A DNA stretch of 64,000 nt from Guillardia theta CCMP2712. Taxonomy: Eukaryota > Protista > Cryptophyta. The notes beneath the pieces were generated by a model. It ran no database searches. It had not been told where the DNA came from and was given only the letters and a program-made list of their open reading frames with translations. Below, in pieces: positions 1 through 7,522 of this stretch (its first letter is position 1; every line of letters starts with the position of its first letter). The translations under genes and the position numbers were made by a program. Where the stretch lies: contig NW_005434637.1 of NCBI RefSeq assembly GCF_000315625.1, forward strand, positions 1 to 64,000, given 5' to 3'.

Positions 1-39
1 TCTGCTTGATCTCACCTTCTTGTAGACTAAGGTATGTGA

Positions 40-125
40 CTAAACCCTAAACCCTAAACCCTAAACCCTAAACCCTAAACCCTAAACCCTAAACCCTAAA
101 CCCTAAACCCTAAACCCTAAACCCT
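40..125 (+). repeat. Telomeric tract (CCCTAAA)~12
   Basis: Perfect CTAAACC heptamers with the C-rich strand on +, as expected at a left chromosome end (TTTAGGG-type telomere). Confidence 0.97.
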
Positions 126-301
126 ATTATTATTATTATGTGAGTTTATTAGAATGCTAGAATGTTGCTCGGCCTCGTTGTGGGCTTATGCAATTTAATC
201 CTAGTCTAAAGAGGCGCTCGAGCACTGGGAGTACACGGCCTACAATGCGAACCCTGCTTCTGAGGCGTCTTTCTACTCTATACTTCTGCTGTCTTCTCTT
301 G

Positions 302-515
302 GCTTCCTCAGCCTCAGTCAGGAGAGTTGCCTCTCCTCACCTTGGCCTTCGGTCACCACCTACTCTACCTCCATTCAGCTTCCTCAGCCTCAGTCAGAAG
401 AGTTGCCTCTCCTCACCTTGGCCTTCGGTCGCCACCTACTCCTCCTCCATTCAGCTTCCTCAGCCTCAGTCAGGAGAGTTGCCTCTCCTCACCTTGGCTT
501 TCGGTCGCCTCCACC
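302..515. repeat. 76-bp tandem repeat (~2.8 units) in the element 3' UTR
   Basis: Units start at 302, 378 and 454. Each contains AGGAGAG-TTGC-CTCTCCT (one unit has a G>A change). Confidence 0.9.
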
Positions 516-539
516 TTCTCTCCTTACCTTGAGCTCAGC

Positions 540-2687
540 TCAAGCTCGGTACGGGCTCGCCCCGTCTTCTTCCTCGCCCTCGCCTTGCTCTTCCTCCATG
601 TCTTCCTCTTCTTCGCCATCTTCCCTCATCTCCACCCGCAGTCGGTCCTTCTTGTCCACCTTCAGCGAGCAGGCCAGCACATGCATCTCTGCGAATTTAC
701 TCAGTGCTATGAACAGGAAGCTAAGAGATCGACGCTCTATGTCGTCGCTCTCCGCCTCCTGCTCAAGCTCAGCAGCTGCCGTTGCCCGTGGCGAGAACGC
801 GCTGCCCCTCCTTGCCTTCTTGCTCTCTCCTTGCACGCGAGTCCAGCGCTTGCTCTGCAGCCACTTCCCCAGCTTCTCCTTGAGAACGTTGCGCCCAACT
901 CCCTGCTCCTCTGGCATCTTCGCCCACTCTCCCAGCGACATGAACTCCAGGCTCCCCGGAGAGTAGAAGGTGTCGTGGAGGTTGCCAACGGCCTTGTCCA
1001 GGACCAGCTTGATCGGCTCGCTCGTCCCCGCCTCGTTCAAAGAAGCTGCATCTTCGATGACTGCTGACAGCTCGCTGACGAGCTGCATGTCCTCTTGGCT
1101 TGACGGAGATGCTGCCTCCATTGTGATCCTCTCCAGGTCTGTAAACTCCAGCCACTCTCCCTCGCTCTCCTCCTGTCGCTGCGCTGCGTCGCTGGTGCCC
1201 CGCTGACCAGCCGCCTCAGAGTCAGGCTCCTTGTCGAAGCCGACTGCTTCGAGCTTGGTTGCTGCGCCTTCGAGATAGAAGGGCAGCTCCTTCATCATGC
1301 GTCGAGCATCCTCCGTGGAGCCGAGGAGGATGCATAGCTTGGACCCGTTCCAGGACTTGGTGTTCAAATCCTCCTCCATGTCGATGCCTTCAACTTTGAT
1401 CTCGAGCCTGTTAGCGATCTCCAACAAGACTCTCTTGACTCTTGCGATAGACGTGTTGCCGCCGTTGCACAGCCCCTCCATCTCCTTCCTCGTGAAGCGA
1501 CCAGATGCCGCCGTCGACTTGATGATGATCTTGATCTCCTTGCCGTCCTTGCCGCCTGCCTTCTTCTGCATCCTTGATGCCTTCTTCAACTTATTTCTGG
1601 ACACAAAGCGATCAGCTGTCAACTCGACTGCGAGCGCCTCTCTGATCTTCGGGTCCTCGCTGAACAGAGTCAGGTGTACTCCCTCCATCGCTTCGCTCTC
1701 TCGGAAAGCTCGAAATGCTGTATCATTCGCCTCTGGGCAGCTCGAGGAGACGATCCACTCCACCTCCCTCTGTCTCCAGATGACGTTGGCCCCTACAGCG
1801 ATGAAGCCTTTCTGACCTAAGCCTTTGTGGACTTGCTGTCCTGGCGCCCCAGCGACCAGCATGCCTGCCAGCGGCTGGAGTTGGACCGCTGCAAGGGACT
1901 GGCGCAGCAGCTGATAGCGATAGACGGCAGCTATCTCAGCCGTTGTCATGCCGCCCAAGGTTAGCAGGTGAGTCAGCTCTGCCAAGCTGCCCCCTTTGCC
2001 CCAGGGTCCTCTCTTGGCTCGAATCTTGAAAGATCGATCGTGCACGATGCTCACATGTACAGCTGTGAACTTGCGACCATCGATCGCGAAGTCCTCTCTT
2101 CCCTGCCAGAGCTTCTCCGCTTGTGCATTGCGGAGGAAGGAAACAGTCACCGGGATCTCCTCAGCACTCGCTATCTCGGGTCTATACGGAGCCTTCCACA
2201 TGATTGCTTTACTCTCTTGCACTGAGTCTACGATCAGTCCGATCTCTTCAAATTTCTTCTTCAGCTTTTCTTCATGGTTGACATACACCGAGGAGATGCC
2301 CAGGAGAGTCATGGAGATGAAGGAAGTCACCTCGTTGCCTGCTGAGGCGGTGTATGTCTCGACCTTCTCCTTCTTGGCTTCTTCAATCTGCTGCATAAAC
2401 CACTCTCTGGATGCGTCACTCCATCCAGCCATCGCTTCTTGCAGAAACTCACGTCGTGCCTGCTGACATGTCGAGCGGATGGCTTCTGCGATAGCGTCGG
2501 GGGTGCATCCCTCCACAGCCTTGCAAGCCTGGGCTGTCCTGCTGTTCGGATAACGCTTCGCGAAGCTCTTCACCCTCTCGACGAGATCAGCTTCGAGGAC
2601 AGAGGCATCCACAAGTCCGCTCTGCGTGTATTGGCATGATCTCCGATACAGCAGGTTGCGAACATTTTCATCATACTGAAGAACCAT
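540..2687 (-). CDS. ORF1-like protein of the telomeric element (RRM-like segments, acidic C-terminus), copy 1
   Basis: Intronless ORF. First in-frame ATG is at 2687 (the track starts at TTG 2714). Two beta-alpha-beta-beta-alpha-beta-like patterns: ISMTLLGI..EEKLKKKFEEIG..VTVSF..IDGRKFTAV and IKIIIK..KLCILLGSTEDARRMMKELPFYLEG. No YADD-type RT motif seen. Confidence 0.75.
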   Translation of the reverse strand: MVLQYDENVRNLLYRRSCQYTQSGLVDASVLEADLVERVKSFAKRYPNSRTAQACKAVEGCTPDAIAEAIRSTCQQARREFLQEAMAGWSDASREWFMQQIEEAKKEKVETYTASAGNEVTSFISMTLLGISSVYVNHEEKLKKKFEEIGLIVDSVQESKAIMWKAPYRPEIASAEEIPVTVSFLRNAQAEKLWQGREDFAIDGRKFTAVHVSIVHDRSFKIRAKRGPWGKGGSLAELTHLLTLGGMTTAEIAAVYRYQLLRQSLAAVQLQPLAGMLVAGAPGQQVHKGLGQKGFIAVGANVIWRQREVEWIVSSSCPEANDTAFRAFRESEAMEGVHLTLFSEDPKIREALAVELTADRFVSRNKLKKASRMQKKAGGKDGKEIKIIIKSTAASGRFTRKEMEGLCNGGNTSIARVKRVLLEIANRLEIKVEGIDMEEDLNTKSWNGSKLCILLGSTEDARRMMKELPFYLEGAATKLEAVGFDKEPDSEAAGQRGTSDAAQRQEESEGEWLEFTDLERITMEAASPSSQEDMQLVSELSAVIEDAASLNEAGTSEPIKLVLDKAVGNLHDTFYSPGSLEFMSLGEWAKMPEEQGVGRNVLKEKLGKWLQSKRWTRVQGESKKARRGSAFSPRATAAAELEQEAESDDIERRSLSFLFIALSKFAEMHVLACSLKVDKKDRLRVEMREDGEEEEDMEEEQGEGEEEDGASPYRA

Positions 2688-2798
2688 ACTTAGAAAGCTA
2701 TTTGAAGTATACAAACCTCTTGCTTGCAGCTTCCTTGGCGCCCTGGCGGCTTCCCCTACACGTGACGAGGAGCCATGCTGCCGAAAATAACGGCGCCT

Positions 2799-2814
2799 CT
2801 AAACCCTAAACCCT
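2799..2814 (+). repeat. 16-bp telomeric spacer between element copies
   Basis: CTAAACCCTAAACCCT. Confidence 0.95.
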
Positions 2815-2982
2815 ATTATTATTATTATTATGTGAGTTTATTAGAATGCTAGAATGTTGCTCGGCCTCGTTGTGGGCTTATGCAATTTGATCCTAGTCTA
2901 AAGAGGCGCTCGAGCACGGCCTACAATGCGAACCCTGCTTCTGAGGCGTCTTTCTACTTTCTACTTTTGCTGTCTTCTCTTG

Positions 2983-3140
2983 GCTTCCTCAGCCTCAGTC
3001 AGGAGAGTTGCCTCTCCTCACCTTGGCCTTCGGTCACCACCTACTCTACCTCCATTCAGCTTCCTCAGCCTCAGTCAGGAGAGTTGCCTCTCCTCACCTT
3101 GGCCTTCAGTCGCCACCTTGGCCTTCGGTCGCCCCCTACT
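2983..3140. repeat. 76-bp tandem repeat (~2 units) in the copy 2 3' UTR
   Basis: Units start at 2983 and 3059, followed by a short duplicated CCTTGGCCTTC(A/G)GTCGCC segment. Confidence 0.85.
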
Positions 3141-3166
3141 CCTTCTCTACTTACCTTGAGCTCAGC

Positions 3167-5314
3167 TCAAGCTCGGTACGGGCTCGCCCCGTCTTCTTCC
3201 TCGCCCTCGCCTTGCTCTTCCTCCATGTCTTCCTCTTCTTCGCCATCTTCCCTCATCTCCACCCGCAGTCGGTCCTTCTTGTCCACCTTCAGCGAGCAGG
3301 CCAGCACATGCATCTCTGCGAATTTACTCAGTGCTATGAACAGGAAGCTAAGAGATCGACGCTCTATGTCGTCGCTCTCCGCCTCCTGCTCAAGCTCAGC
3401 AGCTGCCGTTGCCCGTGGCGAGAACGCGCTGCCCCTCCTTGCCTTCTTGCTCTCTCCTTGCACGCGAGTCCAGCGCTTGCTCTGCAGCCACTTCCCCAGC
3501 TTCTCCTTGAGAACGTTGCGTCCCACTCCCTGCTCCTCTGGCATCTTCGCCCACTCTCCCAGCGACATGAACTCCAGGCTCCCCGGGGAGTAGAAGGTGT
3601 CGTGGAGGTTGCCAACGGCCTTGTCCAGGACCAGCTTGATCGGCTCGCTCGTCCCCGCCTCGTTCAAAGAAGCTGCATCTTCGATGACTGCTGACAGCTC
3701 GCTGACGAGCTGCATGTCCTCTTGGCTTGACGGAGATGCTGCCTCCATTGTGATCCTCTCCAGGTCTGTAAACTCCAGCCACTCTCCCTCGCTCTCCTCC
3801 TGTCGCTGCGCTGCGTCGCTGGTGCCCCGCTGACCAGCCGCCTCAGAGTCAGGCTCCTTGTCGAAGCCGACTGCTTCGAGCTTGGTTGCTGCGCCTTCGA
3901 GATAGAAGGGCAGCTCCTTCATCATGCGTCGAGCATCCTCCGTGGAGCCGAGGAGGATGCATAGCTTGGACCCGTTCCAGGACTTGGTGTTCAAATCCTC
4001 CTCCATGTCGATGCCTTCAACGTTGATCTCGAGCCTGTTAGCGATCTCCAACAAGACTCTCTTGACTCTTGCGATAGACGTGTTGCCGCCGTTGCACAGC
4101 CCCTCCATCTCCTTCCTCGTGAAGCGACCAGATGCCGCCGTCGACTTGATGATGATCTTGATCTCCTTGCCGTCCTTGCCGCCTGCCTTCTTCTGCATCC
4201 TTGATGCCTTCTTCAACTTATTTCTGGACACAAAGCGATCAGCTGTCAACTCGACTGCGAGCGCCTCTCTGATCTTCGGGTCCTCGCTGAACAGAGTCAG
4301 GTGTACTCCCTCCATCGCTTCGCTCTCTCGGAAAGCTCGAAATGCTGTATCATTCGCCTCTGGGCAGCTCGAGGAGACGATCCACTCCACCTCCCTCTGT
4401 CTCCAGATGACGTTGGCCCCTACAGCGATGAAGCCTTTCTGACCTAAGCCTTTGTGGACTTGCTGTCCTGGCGCCCCAGCGACCAGCATGCCTGCCAGCG
4501 GCTGGAGTTGGACCGCTGCAAGGGACTGGCGCAGCAGCTGATAGCGATAGACGGCAGCTATCTCAGCCGTTGTCATGCCGCCCAAGGTTAGCAGGTGAGT
4601 CAGCTCTGCCAAGCTGCCCCCTTTGCCCCAGGGTCCTCTCTTGGCTCGAATCTTGAAAGATCTATCGTGCACGATGCTCACATGTACAGCTGTGAACTTG
4701 CGACCATCGATCGCGAAGTCCTCTCTTCCCTGCCAGAGCTTCTCCGCTTGTGCATTGCGGAGGAAGGAAACAGTCACCGGGATCTCCTCAGCACTCGCTA
4801 TCTCGGGTCTATACGGAGCCTTCCACATGATTGCTTTACTCTCTTGCACTGAGTCTACGATCAGTCCGATCTCTTCAAATTTCTTCTTCAGCTTTTCTTC
4901 ATGGTTGACATACACCGAGGAGATGCCCAGGAGAGTCATGGAGATGAAGGAAGTCACCTCGTTGCCTGCTGAGGCGGTGTATGTCTCGACCTTCTCCTTC
5001 TTGGCTTCTTCAATCTGCTGCATAAACCACTCTCTGGATGCGTCACTCCATCCAGTCATCGCTTCTTGCAGAAACTCACGTCGTGCCTGCTGACATGTCG
5101 AGCGGATGGCTTCAGCGATAGCGTCGGGGGTGCATCCCTCCACAGCCTTGCAAGCCTGGGCTGTCCTGCTGTTCGGATAACGCTTCGCGAAGCTCTTCAC
5201 CCTCTCGACGAGATCAGCTTCGAGGACAGAGGCATCCACAAGTCCGCTCTGCGTGTATTGGCATGATCTCCGATACAGCAGGTTGCGAACATTTTCATCA
5301 TACTGAAGAACCAT
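3167..5314 (-). CDS. ORF1-like protein of the telomeric element, copy 2
   Basis: Differs from copy 1 at 2 residues (EAMAG>EAMTG, EIKVE>EINVE). Confidence 0.75.
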   Translation of the reverse strand: MVLQYDENVRNLLYRRSCQYTQSGLVDASVLEADLVERVKSFAKRYPNSRTAQACKAVEGCTPDAIAEAIRSTCQQARREFLQEAMTGWSDASREWFMQQIEEAKKEKVETYTASAGNEVTSFISMTLLGISSVYVNHEEKLKKKFEEIGLIVDSVQESKAIMWKAPYRPEIASAEEIPVTVSFLRNAQAEKLWQGREDFAIDGRKFTAVHVSIVHDRSFKIRAKRGPWGKGGSLAELTHLLTLGGMTTAEIAAVYRYQLLRQSLAAVQLQPLAGMLVAGAPGQQVHKGLGQKGFIAVGANVIWRQREVEWIVSSSCPEANDTAFRAFRESEAMEGVHLTLFSEDPKIREALAVELTADRFVSRNKLKKASRMQKKAGGKDGKEIKIIIKSTAASGRFTRKEMEGLCNGGNTSIARVKRVLLEIANRLEINVEGIDMEEDLNTKSWNGSKLCILLGSTEDARRMMKELPFYLEGAATKLEAVGFDKEPDSEAAGQRGTSDAAQRQEESEGEWLEFTDLERITMEAASPSSQEDMQLVSELSAVIEDAASLNEAGTSEPIKLVLDKAVGNLHDTFYSPGSLEFMSLGEWAKMPEEQGVGRNVLKEKLGKWLQSKRWTRVQGESKKARRGSAFSPRATAAAELEQEAESDDIERRSLSFLFIALSKFAEMHVLACSLKVDKKDRLRVEMREDGEEEEDMEEEQGEGEEEDGASPYRA

Positions 5315-5404
5315 ACTTAGAAAGCTATTTGAAGTATACAAACCTCTTGCTTGCAGCTTCCTTGGCGCCCTGGCGGCTTCCCCTACACCTGACGAGGAGC
5401 CATG

Positions 5405-5560
5405 CTGCCGAAAATAACGGCGCCTGCCGAAAATAACGGCGCCTGCCGAAAATAACGGCGCCTGCCGAAAATAACGGCGCCTGCCGAAAATAACGGCGCC
5501 TGCCGAAAATAACGGCGCCTCTGCCGAAAATAACGGCGCCTGCCGAAAATAACGGCGCCT
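5405..5560. repeat. 19-bp tandem repeat x8 at the element 5' terminus
   Basis: CTGCCGAAAATAACGGCGC x8, with an extra CT after units 6 and 8. Copy 1 has a single unit (2778-2796). Confidence 0.95.
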
Positions 5561-5611
5561 CTAAACCCTAAACCCTAAACCCTAAACCCTAAACCCTAAA
5601 CCCTAAACCCT
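5561..5611 (+). repeat. Innermost telomeric tract (CCCTAAA)~7
   Basis: Perfect heptamers adjoining unique sequence. Confidence 0.97.
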
Positions 5612-5667
5612 CTCCATCAGGACTCGTCGGAGATTCTGTTCCTGGAGCCGCCCCCGGTGTTCGGCCT

Positions 5668-6062
5668 ATGCATACTAGAGCGGACAAGTACGTGCAGCCG
5701 GGGTGGGAGCTGGAGAAGCGGCTATCAGGGATGCGACTAGGCTGGCACCAAGAGCTGAGGAGGCTAGTCGTCCTCTTCTACGCTGGCCATGGGATGAAGG
5801 CAGGAAGGGCCAAAGAAGACGACCTGATCCCCTGTGAGGTAAGGACGATGGACTGAGACCGAGGAGGAGGTAGAGGACTACACTGTGACTCTCAGTCTGT
5901 TTCCTTGTTGTCATCGATGCCTGCAGATACCGGGAGGGTCTGCAGGAGACGGGACGGCTGCTCCCGCAGCAGGCGGCGAAAGACGTCTTGCCTCGATCAT
6001 TCAACTGCTGGTGCCTGACAGAGACAAACAGCTTCTTTGGGAGGAAGCTATTTCGAAATTGA
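5668..6062 (+). pseudogene. Degraded caspase-fold (peptidase C14-like) gene fragment
   Basis: VVLFYAGHG...DLIPCE in one frame and FLVVIDACR (ATC at 5913) in another. The obvious GT (5839) and AG sites do not restore the frame. Confidence 0.55.
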
Positions 6063-7522
6063 AGAGAAGGAAGACGTCAGGGGTGTTGCTTTCAAGTTAG
6101 TCAGATTAATCGGACAAGCGAGACTGCTGCAGTCTTTCTATTTGCACAGCATGATGTCAGGGCACGTGGGCGATCAGTTTGTACATTTCTACGAGAAATA
6201 TGGCATTCAACTAGCCTGACTATTGAACATGTCGTGCATCGAGCATCGACATCAACTTCAGGGAAGAGATGCATATCGAGCTGCTGCCATGATCGGGAAC
6301 AGCTACATTGGACTCGGAGAAGAAGGAAGCTGCTACTGCATCTAACGGGCAACTTGACCATGTGTGGGATATGCACTGTCCATGCGGTAGTCACTGATGG
6401 ACCTTCACGAAATGCAGATGACAAGAAGAAATTCAACAATTCGGTTCGAGCACACTTCACTTTGTTGTGGCAGCTCCTTCAAAGTAAATTAATGTCTGAG
6501 TAAAGTCGCGTTCAATCTGGATGCCTCCAAATCTCTGTGCGAAACGTGCACAATCGTACCATTCTTTCAAACTTGAAAGAGATGCATGTGTATTGCGTCC
6601 TCTAATTTCGTTTTCAATTTCGTTTCAAGGTGACTGTCAGTGCGCCCTCGAAATATAACGAACCTGATCCAGGTTCTATCATGTAGGGTTCATCCTTGAA
6701 AGGCACAGGAAATTCTCTGTTAATGACAGGATTCTGTACGAGTGATGTACTGATGGTCCAACTGCACTCACTTTTCATCCGGGGTTTCAAGAAGGGCTTC
6801 CCACCGGCGTTTGCGAAACCAGTTAACTATACTACCGTAGTCCTAATCTTGTGCAGATCGATGTTGAGACGGCGGATGATTCCACTTCGAAATTTCCCAT
6901 TGACATCAGTAAACCTCACACCATGACATGGTACCAGATTGAATGACATGCAGTGTCTAAACCTTCAACGTGGTGTAGTAATTCAAAGTGCACAGAATGA
7001 TCGAAGGCATTTGCTGCAAGGAACAACGGTGCCCCTTGGATGTATCTCATGCGAATGAAGAGGATCAACTTGTTCTCTTGCTCCAATCTCCTCCTTTTGG
7101 CAATGCCGAGCGATGAGGCAGCCCTTGACGACGGTGGCCGCCCCGATTGCGCCGCCATTGTCCGTCAAGGCAAGGAGGATTGCAACTGGTACTGAAAGTA
7201 GTACTATGGCATAGGGTATGTGTCGGTACCGTACTGTAACTACCGTTAAAATAACTTGTAAAGAGGCTTGTTGAAATAAACTAAAACAAATGGATACTAT
7301 GAAGTGGGGTCTCTAACTCGTTTATTAAAATAGCACGCCTAGAAGAAAAAAAAGACCCTACCGAAAAATTTAACTTGTGCCAAATTAACGAAAGGCCTGA
7401 AAGCTGAAAGTGAACGGCACGTTCCAAGGGGGGCTGTATGAGGGCTGGAAAAAGGGACTCCCAGGGAGGCCTATGTCGATTAAAGGTTATTCACAGGCCG
7501 AGCAACATTTAAGGTGCTTGGT

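Larger units (their letters stand above)
126..2798 (-). mobile_element. Telomere-inserted putative non-autonomous non-LTR retroelement, copy 1
   Basis: Flanked on both sides by telomeric repeats. Minus strand reads: 5' end AGGCGCCGTTATTTTCGGCAG, one long ORF, 3' UTR with 76-bp repeats, AATAAA (145-150), an (AAT)n tail (126-139), then AGGGTTT. A near-identical copy is adjacent. Confidence 0.8.
2815..5560 (-). mobile_element. Telomere-inserted putative non-autonomous non-LTR retroelement, copy 2
   Basis: Same organisation and junction phase as copy 1. Tail is one AAT longer, the 3' UTR has an 11-bp deletion and fewer 76-bp units, and the 5' 19-mer is present in 8 copies. Confidence 0.8.

Noticed and set aside
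188-5266. Plus-strand ORFs across the telomeric elements
   Set aside because: Antisense shadows of the long ORF and UTR repeats; substitutions synonymous in the minus ORF mostly alter them.
126-5560. LTR, DNA transposon or autonomous LINE/Penelope interpretation
   Set aside because: No terminal direct or inverted repeats and no recognisable RT, integrase, transposase or GIY-YIG motifs; orientation is opposite to terminal Athena-like elements.
6100-7170. Short ORFs in the subtelomeric interval
   Set aside because: No motifs or consistent exon chain; may be degraded sequence.
7495-7509. 15-bp match (AGGCCGAGCAACATT) to the element 3' UTR
   Set aside because: A single 15-mer match is expected by chance among all pairs in 64 kb, and flanks do not extend.
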